A DNA stretch of 63,850 bases, the filler included, from Octopus bimaculoides (taxonomy: Eukaryota): assembly GCF_001194135.2 (NCBI RefSeq). It is 5 parts of 4 records of this genome, joined end to end, with 100 filler letters (N's around TTAATTAATTAA, not from the genome) between each part and the next. Parts side by side here need not be neighbours in the genome. Positions count along the whole stretch, not along the records: positions 25,398 to 53,974 come from NC_069000.1; positions 54,075 to 61,273 come from NC_068983.1; 3 more parts are not named here. The stretch is one strand, 5' to 3'. Positions 40,352 to 54,123 of the stretch are shown piece after piece. A program made the position numbers and the translations under genes. A model generated the notes under the pieces. It worked only from the letters and a program-made list of their open reading frames with translations, did not search any database and was not told the origin of the DNA. How positions within the stretch are numbered: position 1 is the stretch's first letter; the number at the start of each line of letters is the position of its first letter.

Positions 40352-40964
40352 TGTCATAAACAGTTCTACTTTATCTTGAATCTATATGCACTGGTATGTA
40401 TGTTTTACACTACCGCTGTCCGTTCCCCTAGCTTTAGTCGCAAAATCTAAAGTTAAATTTAAGCTAAATAAGAAGAGAATCTCTCACAATGCTGGTATCG
40501 CCACTCGTGACTGCAGTGTAAATGATACATCGAAACAATCGTGCACACAGCGCTACCTATGAACGTTCAGTAAACTAGAAAGGTGTCCGCCGTAAGTTTA
40601 AGTTGCTCCTCGTAACTTATCCGGATTAAAGGAGGTGGCGGATCATTAGTTGCCGGAAAGTCAGCGATTTACTTGTACATGTGTGTGTGTGTGTGTGTGT
40701 GTGTATTCGTACGTTGTTTTGTCGGAGGAATGTGATAGGAGCACGCAATACATGCAGAGGACATGTTTGTTTGTGTGTGTCTGTGTGCGTGTAATCCGTT
40801 TTGCGATATCGCAATGTGTTGTGCGATGTCTTGTCATATTTTACGGTCTTGTCTGCCCAAGCAAACGATTTATCACCCTCTCTGGAAAACCGAAGCGATG
40901 AAATATCTTCAATGTATGTCGATTTATCTCCCAACTCATCGCGCAATAATAATAAATCAATGCA

Positions 40965-41305
40965 TGTCCCTGAGACCCCATCCCTCGGTCATCACTGACC
41001 ATGGGATTGCACCTAGAAAGCTACCCTCCGGGGCACGAGTCCGGGCAAGGTTGTTTATGGAAGACCAGCAGTCGCCCATGCATACTGGCCTCCCCTCTCC
41101 ATGGCACCAGTGTTATCCAAGGGAAAGGCAAAGGGGCCGATACAGCTTGGCACCCGTGACGTCGCAACTCATTTCTACAGCTGAATGAACTGGAGCAACG
41201 TGAAATAAAGTGTCTTGCTCAAGAACACAACACACAGCCCGGTCCGGGATTCGAACTTACAACCTCGTGATCGTAAGCTCGACACTCTAACCACTGAGCC
41301 ATGCA
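40965..41305 (-). mobile_element. tRNA-derived SINE family D with CORE-like block (pieces also at 42205-42325 and 52570-52770)
   Basis: Head GCATGGCTCAGTGGTTAGAG...GTTCGAATCCC, then TGTGTTCTTGAGCAAGACACTT. Confidence 0.8.
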
Positions 41306-42329
41306 TGTCCCATGTATATCAAAAACGTATTATTGATCTAATTTTGATTCTACTTGCTCAAAGGAATTGCAAATACACTGTAAGACTATAAGCGATTCTC
41401 TGTGCGAGGCAGCTAAACTGATAATAATTTTTAATGAGACTGTTGACTATTTGCGACATCACACTCTGAAAGTATACTGACATTATATATATCGTGGCGG
41501 CTAGATGTTTCCACCGAGGAGAACCAAAAGATCGAATCACATGATTTGGGAATTCCGGCGCCCATGACAGACGAAATCCATCTGCTACGATCTATCTGTG
41601 TGCTTTTGTGCACCAAGCGCCTATATGAGAGTGTCCCTCAATGTTAATAGCGCAGTATTCGGTGTCCTAACAAGGCATTCATTTAAGTTGGATATAAAGA
41701 CTACTTTTGGATATTAATACTGCTTCCGTCTCACAATTAATTTTAAAATGAACCGTTTGTATATTCTACTTTACTGTTCGCAGTCAGTCCTATCCAACTA
41801 TTGTATTTTGATAGATTTCAGAAGAGTGAATGAAAAGCTAAGGCGTCTATGAATATAGAAATGTGTTATTTATTTGGATCGTCGAAGCTTTCTCCCTACC
41901 ATTCACATGATATACTATAATTAAACTTAAGTTCAAATTTCTTTCTCAATTTCACATTTTCTTAATTTCACAATAGTCGTGTGAAACCCAACTGTTCGGT
42001 AAGCATTTAATACATAATCTAAATCTCAAATAAACTCTAAGAGCCAACTCTAATTTCAAATTGTTATACAGTAATGAAACCACAACCTAACTTCCAGAGC
42101 ACAACCCACAATTCAGTAATTAAATCTAATCGGTATTCTCATTTCAAGTTTAATCGTGTTAAATTTAATCACAGCTCTAACCTGTAACACACAGTTCAAC
42201 AGTTCGGTCACGAATGAGCATGGGATTGTACCTAGAAAGTTCCCCTCTGGAGCACAAGTCCAGACAAGTTTGTTTGTGGAAGATCAGCAGTCGCCGATAT
42301 TTACCAGTGTCCCCTCTTCACGCCACTGA

Positions 42330-42760
42330 TGTTCGAATTCTCGGGGTCGAATTCTCGATGCACAATTCCACATTTCCGGGGGTTGACGCTCGTGGCAGGT
42401 CCTCCAGGTCGTTCATCGTCTTCCAAGGACGTTCTTCTGCTTTTGAAGTGCCCGTACTACACGCAACATTGCGTACAACCCATTGCCTCGTCGCTGTAAG
42501 CTTGCCGAAGCATGCTCAATGTCTCTGTAGCAGACTTCCCAAGTTTAATGCAAAATTTCACGTTGCATCTTTGTTCTCGTCCATGACAAAATCGTGACCA
42601 CAAAAATACAAATTTCACAACTTGCGAATTAAACACAGCGATGTCACTTTACACGCTGCCTAATGAAGGTCACTGCTAGCTTTCATTGCACACGCAACCG
42701 TGTGCTGCCATCTGTTGGCGCACTACAAAACTAGTCCGGGGACGTTTTGATACTACCTCG
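42330..42760 (-). pseudogene. Mariner family 2, 5' fragment: TIR, UTR and frameshifted transposase N-terminus
   Basis: TA|CGAGGTAGTATCAAAACG at 42760; EQRCNVKFCIKLGKSATETLSMLRQAYSDEAM...SLEDDERPG. Confidence 0.88.
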
Positions 42761-43147
42761 TATAATGTTTAGAGTCAAGTGTATGATCACCAAAAGAGCA
42801 GATCAGATAAATTTAAGCCACAATTATACAGATACAAAATTAAACACTGTAAGACGTCTGACTCGGTTTAATATAATCCTAATTTACTCGTTCACTGAGA
42901 CTCCCTATCGAGATATTTCTTTTTATAATTGTTTTGTTTTTCTCCCTCTTCTTCTTACCTATATGTATTTCGAAAGGTGTGTTAATATATTTCTGAAGTA
43001 GGTGTGTGGTACCATCTATTTAAAGACAGCTATTCAATCATCTGTTTAAAGTTCGACGTATAATATATTTAATTTCAAGCTCAACTCTGAGGCCAACATG
43101 CAGTAGAGCGTTTAAATAGTAGCTCAATTCTACGTTCAGCGTATAAT

Positions 43148-43497
43148 ACAAAAGATAATTTAAACGCAAATCAGTTTTTATTGAATCAAAGACTTGTGTG
43201 TTCTGAGATCCAAGGCTACCCAACCTAATGGAGAAGTGTTAGGGATATTTCAATATTCCCCCTATCGATCAACGTTGTACTGTGGACCCTTCGGAGGAAT
43301 CCTGTATCGGCCACTTGTATTACACAAAAGATAATTTAAACGCAAATCAGTTTTTATTGAATCAAAGACTTGTGTGTTCTGAGATCCAAGGCTACCCAAC
43401 CCAACAGAGAAGTGATAGGGACATTTCAATATTCCCCTTATCGAGTAACGTTATACCATGGACCCTTCGGAGGAATCCCGTTTCGGCCACTTGTATT
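43148..43497. repeat. 176-bp tandem duplication
   Basis: Copies start at 43148 and 43324. Confidence 0.95.
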
Positions 43498-44064
43498 TGC
43501 GATCGTACTCTTTCGGTTAGTACCTAACATCGATGCCCACCAGGGAGGATAGAACACAAAAACTGGACTGAAGGTAGCAAGTTTGGGGATTGAATTCTGA
43601 AACTGGCTCATTAGTCAACCAGCACCGGCAATTCCAGCTTTCAATTCAGCTTCCTGCTTTCCATCACCTGTGGATGCGGTTCCGGGATTTTTAAACTTCT
43701 TCATTAGCCTCAGTGATGTTCCGCTGACATATACAGGGACACTAACTTGAACACTGCAAGATGTCTGCAATCATTATAACGTGCTGAAGATGGGTGAGAC
43801 AGAAAATGGCGGAATTAATTGTTGGCTGTTTTATACTTGCTAAGGTTTCGTCATTCACGTAGCGTTTAACCATTCAACCCCTCCTTCACCCCTCTCTCTC
43901 TCTCTTTCTCTTCTGAACGTAAAGAACATGAGAGCTTATACACACACAACATATACACACATATATACACACATAACATACACACATGCACGTGCACGCG
44001 TACACATATATTTGCTTGTGTGTAAACAGCGTTTGAATACGAATATGCAGTGTANNNNNNNNNN

Positions 44065-44102
<38 letters not shown>

Positions 44103-44868
44103 CTGTGTCTGTGTGTATTCCAGTATTATGTACGTATGTATATGCGTGCGTATGCCTGCATATATGCATGTACGTGCGCATGTACGCATGTATGTATGTG
44201 CGTATGTTTATATGTATTTATGTACGGAGCGGCGTGTGTATACATCAATGCATACAGCATAATATGCCCCGTATCAGTAAGTAGCAATCTACAGGAGATA
44301 TTTGCGTATCTGGTGTTGTGTAGGGCCTCGATATTTAGGTTATCATAGCAAAACGTCAACACATGTTTTTGTTTCAACGCTGGTGACTCAACTGTGAATG
44401 ACAGAGGGACCTACATAAAGCTGTTTCGAATACAGGTTGAGCGCCACCACACACCCTCTTCAGAAATATATAAACACACCCTTTGAAATGCTTATACATA
44501 GGTAAGAAGAAAAGGGAGAAAAACAAAACAATTAGAAAAAGCAATTTCTTGATAGGGGACCTCGGTGAACGAGTAAACTGGAGTTCTATTAAAAATGTGC
44601 ACGAGAGTGGCTGAGAAGTCACGCTTCGCAATTCGCCGAACTTGACTCCTTACGGTGTTTAGTTTTGCGTCTCCCTACAGATTCTTTCAGATCCTTTCTG
44701 GATTTGGCTTCCTGCGTTGATCCTCGTGAGACAGTGAAATACTTACATCGGTCTATGAAATAATATGGCGTACAAAGGACAATGAAATATTATAAGGTCG
44801 CAAAGACGTCCTGATGTATTTCCAGATGCATTTCAAAATAAATGCTTATTTTGCTGCAAGTATTAAAT

Positions 44869-44913
<45 letters not shown>

Positions 44914-45581
44914 ACCACCATCACAAGTTATCATGTCAAACAATGCGACGGGCATTTCTTTTCTTGACAGCTTGATACCATATAACAAGCGTGAATTCAG
45001 TTCACTAATGTACTGTACTCTCCGATGTTGAGGACGCCACTTTTNNNNNNNNNNNNNNNNNNNNNNNNNNNNNNNNNNNNNNNNNNNNNNNNNNNNNNNN
45101 NNNNNNNNNNNNNNNNNNNNNNNNNNNNNNNNNNNNNNNNNNNNNNNNNNNNNNNNNNNNNNNNNNNNNNNNNNNNNNNNNNNNNNNNNNNNNNNNNNNN
45201 NNNNNNNNNNNNNNNNNNNNNNNNNNNNNNNNNNNNNNNNNNNNNNNNNNNNNNNNNNNNNNNNNNNNNNNNNNNNNNNNNNNNNNNNNNNNNNNNNNNN
45301 NNNNNNNNNNNNNNNNNNNNNNNNNNNNNNNNNNNNNNNNNNNNNNNNNNNNNNNNNNNNNNNNNNNNNNNNNNNNNNNNNNNNNNNNNNNNNNNNNNNN
45401 NNNNNNNNNNNNNNNNNNNNNNNNNNNNNNNNNNNNNNNNNNNNNNNNNNNNNNNNNNNNNNNNNNNNNNNNNNNNNNNNNNNNNNNNNNNNNNNNNNNN
45501 NNNNNNNNNNNNNNNNNNNNNNNNNNNNNNNNNNNNNNNNNNNNNNNNNNNNNNNNNNNNNNNNNNNNNNNNNNNNNNNNN

Positions 45582-45653
<72 letters not shown>

Positions 45654-45731
45654 TGAATATGGTACTTAAGTTGAGGTACCAGAATTTAGTACGGTATTAT
45701 CCATACAATTTCAAAATAAGGTGATTAAAAG

Positions 45732-45976
45732 CAAAATAAGCAACAAGGATACCCAGAGGTAATGCAGTACGATCGTTTCATGCAACTCCATTTAATTGCA
45801 CAATGCAATCATTACATCAACTTAAATGCAGAGCAATCTTCAGCTGCACGAAGACATAGAATTCTGTCTTTGTGCAGCTGAAGATTGCTCTGCATTTAAA
45901 TTGATGTAATGATTGTAATGGGTTACGTGAAACGATCGTACTGCATTACATCTGGATATCTTTGTTGCTTATTTTG
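45732..45976. repeat. 245-bp foldback palindrome with an 8-nt loop
   Basis: Arms at 45732-45856 and 45865-45976; loop TAGAATTC. Confidence 0.95.
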
Positions 45977-46510
45977 ATATATGCATACATATGTATATGT
46001 ATGTATATATATATATATGTGTGTATGTATATATATATATGTGTGTATGTATATATATATGTATGTATATATATATATATGTGTATGTATATATATGTGT
46101 ATGTATATATATGTATGTATATATATATATATATGTGCACATAAGTAGATAGATAGATAGATAGGCTGACGGAGAGATAGACAGACACATGTATGTATGT
46201 ATGTATGTATGTTTGGATGCATAAACTGATGGAGGAATGGATAGGATAGGATAAGATAGTACAGGATAAGGACATAACTATTAGAACGAAAAGATTTTAT
46301 CCTGTTCCAATGCCGTCGGAGGCCGTATATATAACATACATATCAAAGAATACGAAGTCTGGTGAAATCTGAAGGAGAAATCTGGATGAAACTTAGTGAC
46401 GCTGATAGCCCGGAAATATATAATTAGAAATTATATTAAGAACAGCTCAGGTGAATTTAAACATATATTTATTATGAATATTGTAATTTCTTGACGCAAA
46501 CAGACACACA

Positions 46511-46541
<31 letters not shown>

Positions 46542-46673
46542 GGGTTCTATCTATGTGTTGTTTATCTGTCTGCGTGTATGTGTGTTCAAGTGTGTGTATA
46601 TATGTCTGTGTGTGTGTCTGTATTTATATATATATAAATATATATATATGTGTGTGTGTCTGTATGTGTGTTA

Positions 46674-46904
46674 TTTCTTTACTGCCCACAAGGGGCTACA
46701 CACAGAAGGGACAAAAAAGGACAGACAAACGGATTAAGTCGATTACATCGACCCCAGTGCGTAACTGGTACTTATTTAATCGACCCCGAAAGGATGAAAG
46801 GTAAAGTCGACCTCGGCGGAATTTGAACTCAGAACGTAGCGGCAGACAAAATACCGCTAAGCATTTCGCCCGGCGTGCTAACGATTCTACCAGCTCGCCG
46901 CCTT
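46674..46904 (-). mobile_element. SINE family A, alternative-tail variant (also 51261-51493; tail-only piece about 36105-36170)
   Basis: Same head and core as other A copies but ends ...CCCCTTGTGGGCAGTAAAGAAATA. Confidence 0.9.
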
Positions 46905-47559
46905 ATGTGTATGTGTGNNNNNNNNNNNNNNNNNNNNNNNNNNNNNNNNNNNNNNNNNNNNNNNNNNNNNNNNNNNNNNNNNNNNNNNNNNNNNNNNNNN
47001 NNNNNNNNNNNNNNNNNNNNNNNNNNNNNNNNNNNNNNNNNNNNNNNNNNNNNNNNNNNNNNNNNNNNNNNNNNNNNNNNNNNNNNNNNNNNNNNNNNNN
47101 NNNNNNNNNNNNNNNNNNNNNNNNNNNNNNNNNNNNNNNNNNNNNNNNNNNNNNNNNNNNNNNNNNNNNNNNNNNNNNNNNNNNNNNNNNNNNNNNNNNN
47201 NNNNNNNNNNNNNNNNNNNNNNNNNNNNNNNNNNNNNNNNNNNNNNNNNNNNNNNNNNNNNNNNNNNNNNNNNNNNNNNNNNNNNNNNNNNNNNNNNNNN
47301 NNNNNNNNNNNNNNNNNNNNATAAAGGGAAATAAGAGAATAAAAGCAAGAATAAAAATATATGTAGGATGTTGCAGTTCCATTATGCAAGGAAAGTGGTG
47401 TGTAGAAGGGGTGGAAATGTTTCTTGTCCATGGTATGTAAATTACGATAGGATTTTGTAATTACAAAAATATGTATGTATGTAATTATTATAACTCTTCC
47501 ACTGAGGAGGGGGGGGCGGTTTCCAACAAAGATACAAGGCTCCATCTTTGGGATGTGGT

Positions 47560-47965
47560 TAACACTCTGACAAATTCACATTTGGAAATAGAGAAAAGTC
47601 TTGCATATTTTTAATGTTCCTCTCACAGATTGCACTTGTAATGTACGAATTAAGCGGTCGATTTCTCTTTCTGGGAATCCCAGTTTATCCAGATTCTCCT
47701 TTAAGCATTTACTAACAAAATCTAGTACAACAGTACAACAATTATTATTGGAATGGATATGAATTCATAGCCTGGATATAGAAACTGGAGGCTTCGAAGC
47801 AGTTGACCATAGATATCCTCCTTTTCTTTGATTTTCAAATAGATATTTATATTTGCTGGGCAGCTAACCTCTATGATGGTACATACTTTTGCCTCTCTGT
47901 CCCAAATAACAATATCCGGCCTGTTATGTTTACATTTAACTGATGTTCTGATGGGGATATTCCTT
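47560..47965 (-). mobile_element. R4/Dong-type LINE endonuclease fragment, a distinct family
   Basis: NIPIRTSVKCKHNRPDIVIWDREAKVCTIIEVSCP...KIKEKEDIYGQL...IPIII. Confidence 0.82.
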
Positions 47966-48619
47966 CATATGCATGTGTGTATGTAATGTTATTGCGCTTG
48001 TGAGAGAAGGAGAATGCGTTTGTATATGTATGTATGTATTTTAGTGCATGGATGTATACGGGGATATTTACAGCTGAGTTATCCTGCTCTGGTGTAAATC
48101 CTACTATAGAGTTAAGGTGGACAGAGTAAACATATCAAACACACACACACACACACACACATACATGCATAGAGATACAAATCACTCATCTACATATTTA
48201 TAGATATCTGTATGAAGAAAAGTGTACGTATGTATGTACTGACATCATATATGAAGCTTTGTGACGTCATTTCCGTTTTCTAAATATTGTATTGCTTCCA
48301 TATTGCCCATCTGTTCTGTTTTCATATATTTACAGATGGAACGTTTTGTTTCTCTTGTATGTTTACCTTGTGCGCATGCGAGATCCGATATATATATATA
48401 TATATATATGCATGCTTTCACACAGTCATACATACGCTCACACACACACACACACACACACTCACGCAGATATATATATATATATATAAGCATACAAATA
48501 GATATACACTTTCATTCATCTATATGTATTACATACACACATGGATATAGGTATGTATATACGTCTATCTATATTTATATGTGATATATAGAGAGACATG
48601 ATACATAGATAGATGTACA

Positions 48620-48682
<63 letters not shown>

Positions 48683-48749
48683 GGAACTATACATAAACAT
48701 TCATAATCTTACATATTTACATAATACCCACAACTCCGCATACACATAA

Positions 48750-48882
48750 GCTTCTCTCTGTCTCCTTCTCTCTTTCTCTCTCTTTCTCCTCCTTCTCTCT
48801 TTCTCCCTCTTTCTCCTCCTTCTCTCTTTCTCTCTCTTTCTCCTCCTTCTCTCTTTCTCTCTCTTTCTCCTCCTTCTCTCTA
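48750..48882. repeat. CT-rich minisatellite (TCTCCTCCTTCTCTCTTTCTC units)
   Basis: Direct inspection. Confidence 0.85.
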
Positions 48883-48965
48883 GCTTATATATGTGTGTAT
48901 GTGTGTGTGTGTGTGTATGTACATCTATATGTAAATAATTAAATAATTATATACTTTTACTTGAT

Positions 48966-49001
<36 letters not shown>

Positions 49002-49038
49002 ACGTGTGTATATATAAGTGTCTATTGTATGTATGTTC

Positions 49039-49107
<69 letters not shown>

Positions 49108-49543
49108 TAAAGACGTATGCTGGATCACGTTTGTTCAGTCAGTAAGCCGAGATTCAGGCCTCCATTACTCATGTATGTAAACACGAGACTTCTTCTTGCA
49201 TCACCCTCTTTCTCTCTTTCTCTTTCTATCTATCTCTTCCTCCACTCTCTATCTCTCTTTCTCTCTTTCTCTCTCACACACACAAACACACGCGCGCACT
49301 CGCACGCGCTCACTGACTGACTCAGCCACAGAGAGACACACGCAAGGAAACATTCACAGACACTTCAACCACGGCAGCAACCATCAACGCAATTTCGTCC
49401 TAATCATCGTCATTATCGTCTTGTCATCATCATCATCATCATCATCATCATGGCCATCCACCACCACGCTCATCATAGTCGTTGTCATCATCATCATTAT
49501 CAACATCGAAACTAATCTTATCACCACCATGCATCAATACCAA

Positions 49544-49574
<31 letters not shown>

Positions 49575-51073
49575 GAGTGAGAGAGCAGTGTATGCCATGA
49601 AAGTGACACTGGGGTACAAATATACCAGGCCCAGTATACCCATCGTGACTACCCGTCTGATAAGGGTACACCAAGCACATGCATCACAACCACATGTGCT
49701 CTACATGGTGATCTCATATCAAGATAAACAGCGCATGACCTCGCAGGTGGGGCCCAGTTAGAATTTTTCTCAGCTTGAGTAAGTCCATCCCACTCAAAAG
49801 GCCCCTGAATAAGGGTTCTTTAAGGATGTTGAACAAAAATACCCATGTTTCCTAAGGTGAATCATCCAAACTCCAATGAATTCCTCTCAACACATGGCTA
49901 CCAAGTAGCAATTAGTTGTACCACATTCATCATCTTCATCGTCATCGTCATCATCATCATAATTGCCATCATCATCATCATCATCATCATCCCCATCATC
50001 ATCACCACCTCTACTACCCATCAACACAACTTGAGCACATCCCATTCTTTAATTAATACGTCACTTCAACACCAACACCACACGATGAGGGTAGAGGGGC
50101 CAATACGCTTTATTTCCTCAGTCACTAGAAAATAGCAGTTAAGTCGACCTCAAATTACTCTTAAAAATCGAAAGCAATGTTAGATAACTGAGTGCAACGA
50201 TTAAGTTTTTATTTGTCATTCAATCGACTAGAAAGAACAATTGAGTGTCCCTCAAAACCCTCTCCTTCGTCAGGATAGATCAAACAGCAATGTAGATTCA
50301 TGCTATTCAAATTCTATAGAATCTTCAGGGTAATGCCACCGAGGCCTCATTTGTTTTCAGACCCCGAACTGCCGATTTCCTCCGCAAAATCGGGATAGCA
50401 ATGATCTGTCTCANNNNNNNNNNNNNNNNNNNNNNNNNNNNNNNNNNNNNNNNNNNNNNNNNNNNNNNNNNNNNNNNNNNNNNNNNNNNNNNNNNNNNNN
50501 NNNNNNNNNNNNNNNNNNNNNNNNNNNNNNNNNNNNNNNNNNNNNNNNNNNNNNNNNNNNNNNNNNNNNNNNNNNNNNNNNNNNNNNNNNNNNNNNNNNN
50601 NNNNNNNNNNNNNNNNNNNNNNNNNNNNNNNNNNNNNNNNNNNNNNNNNNNNNNNNNNNNNNNNNNNNNNNNNNNNNNNNNNNNNNTAATTTAGAACAAG
50701 AGAATGATGGGATAACTATGGTTGCAATGACGTTGACCATAATTCTGCCAAATCAGGGCCTAAACGCTTTGTGTGTGTGTGTGGTGGGGTTTAAACTACA
50801 ACAAAGCAACAGCTCAGCTTAGCACCGCTACCATGAAACATTACCAACACAAATACCACCACCGCAACCACTACACAAATATATACGAGTTGTACAAATA
50901 TTTGTTTTAAGTCTGAAAGTGTTGAGTCATTTTAAATATTTGCATCTAATAACTTGTAAGAACTGTTCTTCTGTCTGTTTCGCTCATCCCCCTACACAGA
51001 CACACACGCACACACACACATACCATACACACGCATTCGCACACACATACACACACGAGAGAGAGAGTGAGAG

Positions 51074-51112
<39 letters not shown>

Positions 51113-51560
51113 AGTGTTTGTGTGTCTGTGTGCGTATATAAGTGTATGTGTGTCTATATGCATATATATATATATGTATATATATATACAAGTATATGTA
51201 TATCTGTATACACACACTTTAATGTGTACATAAGTGGGTGTATGTATATATATATATATATTTCTTTATTGCTCACAAGGGGCTAAACATAGAGGGGACA
51301 AACAAGGACAGACACAGGGATTAAGTCGATTACATCAACTCCAGTACGTAACTGGTACTTATTTTACCGACTCCGAAAGGACGAAAGGCAAAGTCGACCT
51401 CAGCGGAATTTGAACTCAGAACGACGTAACGGCAGACGAAATACCGCTAAGCATTTCGCCCACCGTGCTAACGATTTTGCCAGCTAGCCACCCGCTTTTT
51501 TTTATGTTCATACCTTTCAGATGTTGAAAATGTGATTATTTTTAGGATAACATTATAGGG

Positions 51561-51603
<43 letters not shown>

Positions 51604-51726
51604 NNNNNNNNNNNNNNNNNNNNNNNNNNNNNNNNNNNNNNNNNNNNNNNNNNNNNNNNNNNNNNNNNNNNNNNNNNNNNNNNNNNNNNNNNNNNNNNNN
51701 NNNNNNNNNNNNNNNNNNNNNNNNNN

Positions 51727-51761
<35 letters not shown>

Positions 51762-52794
51762 ACACGTGAGTGTGTGAGATGACGAGTGTTCCGTTGATCG
51801 GATCAACTGGAAAACTCATTGCCGTAACCGACGAAGTGACGAAGTGACAGTCATGTATGTGTGTATGTGTGTATGCTTTTTACCGAGGATTACCAAGCTT
51901 TTGTTTATTACGGATGAAACCAGTGTTTGCTATTCAGTAGACTTAATCTTTGACGGAGCCTGGTCCTATCTCCGACCAACAGCCAAAGGCTGTCTTGTAA
52001 GTGGAAATGTCTACCAACATCTTCGTACTTTTCGTTCCGAATTTAGAATGCAGTCTATCCGTTTCCTATCATTAATACAGTATTCATCATCATATCATTC
52101 CATTGCTGATATCTTGTCTATGGTCGCAAAACCTATACACGATTGCAGTATCAGTCAAACTGATGGGTTTCCCCAAACCAAGATTCATAAAAGAGTAATT
52201 TCTTCTGTGAAGTGGGAAGAAATCTAAAGACAAAATATTTCATTCCTTATTACCTTCCTGCTTTCCAATGATAGTAACATTTTCGCTCTTTTCAGAGTTT
52301 CAGGAATTCCCCGTGGCCCTAGCAGGGTAGCTAATGGGTGCTATGCCTTGCCTAAGGGCAACCAGTGATTTTGTCCGGGACTGCTTATTGAGTATTCGCA
52401 GCTAACCTATATATCTATCTACAAGGTTGTTCATTTATCCACAAACTGAGTTTTCTTCAACCATATTGTATTGTTGTGTATCTATCATCATCGTCATCAA
52501 CATCACCATCACCATCTGCTTCCGCCCTTAATCCATGCCGTCTTGAGTCCTACGACTCACATGGCCGGTTTCATAGTTTCTATGTTGTATTAGTAACCGA
52601 GATCACAACATCCCCCGTGGACGGAACACTAGTCCGTCGCAGGTTTACCCATTTACAGCTAAGCGGACTAAAGTAACAGGACGTGAAGTGTTTTGTTCCA
52701 GAACACAACATACTGTAGGAATCGAAATCACGATCTTGTAATCGCGATCTTGTAAACGCTAAGCCACGCACTTTCCCATTTTTTAATTATTACT

Positions 52795-53015
52795 TCGAAG
52801 GTGTTGTTTCCAGAACCGTTAACACGCCGGGTAAAATGCTTCGCAGCATTTTGTCCGTCTTTACGTTCTGAGTTCAAATTCCGATGAGGGTTTTTTTTTT
52901 CCTTTTGCGGTCAATAAAATGAGTACCAGTTGAGCACTGAGGAGTGGTGGTCGATGTAATCAACTTTACTCCTCCACCGAAATTGTTGGCCTTGTCCCAA
53001 AATTTTAAACCAGTA
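52795..53015 (+). mobile_element. SINE family A copy
   Basis: Head, core and tail motifs present. Confidence 0.85.
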
Positions 53016-53267
53016 TTTTCCGTTCATCATTTTTTTTTTCCAATTAAAGCGTAGAGTAGGGGTTCAATTCCGGTTAATGTTAAATATTTTGTACAAATGC
53101 TTCTTTTACTCATTATGTGTCGACACATGCTTCAATTTATAAAAAAGGAATTTTTCCTCTAATTAATTAATTAATTAATTAATTAATTATCTATTTTCCC
53201 ACTTGATAATTATTTCCGCCCTCAAAATATGAAAAAAAAAATCATTAAACAATATTCCTAGATGAAA

Positions 53268-53628
53268 GCAGGCATGACTGTGTGATAAGAAATCTGATTT
53301 CCCACCATATGGTTCCGGGTTCAATTCCATTGCGTGACACTTTGGTCGGGTTGACCAAGGGCTTGTTAGTGGATTTGTCGACGGAAACTGAAAGAAACCT
53401 GTTGTGTGTGTGCATGTGTATGTATTTGTCCCTCACAACCGCTTGACAACCGCTGTTTGTGTGTTTACGTTCCAGTGACTATGCGATTCGGCTATAAGAA
53501 ACCGATATGATAAGTATCAGGCTTAAAAACAATAAGTATCGCAGTCGATTCGTTCGACGAAACCATTGAAGGCGGTGCCCCAGCATGGCCGCAGTTTAAT
53601 GGCTGAAACATACAAGAAATAAAAGACA
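53268..53628 (+). mobile_element. SINE family B, near full length
   Basis: tRNA-like head (GGTTCAATTCC), central (GT)n, GTCGATTCGTTCGAC core and tail. Confidence 0.8.
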
Positions 53629-54092
53629 ACTAGAAAGATAATGATGTAATGATATCACTAACCACATTAATGAGAGGACAGGGTTCGGCCTTCCGTTTCT
53701 GTATGGCACGTAGACCGCGATCATAGCCCCAACAAATTCTGAATAATTTCTACAGCACTCACACTATAATAATTGTTGCTTAGGCGATTAAGAAGTGTTT
53801 TGTGAAGTTGATGAGCGTTCAGTTATCATTCATATATATACACATATATATATATGTATATATATGAGAGAGAGAGGGAGAGAGAGGGGGGAGACATATA
53901 TGCATTATAGATAATTATATAGACATATCTATATATATATATAGAGAGAGAGAGAGATTATACATTTATATACANNNNNNNNNNNNNNNNNNNNNNNNNN
54001 NNNNNNNNNNNNNNNNNNTTAATTAATTAANNNNNNNNNNNNNNNNNNNNNNNNNNNNNNNNNNNNNNNNNNNNATATATATATATATATAT

Positions 54093-54123
<31 letters not shown>

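Noticed and set aside
51880-52240. Possible LINE endonuclease remnant on the minus strand (IDCIL...)
   Set aside because: Too degenerate to call without a profile search.
53158-53188. (TTAA)n as another assembly linker
   Set aside because: Longer than 12 bp and not flanked by N; treated as a natural tetranucleotide repeat.
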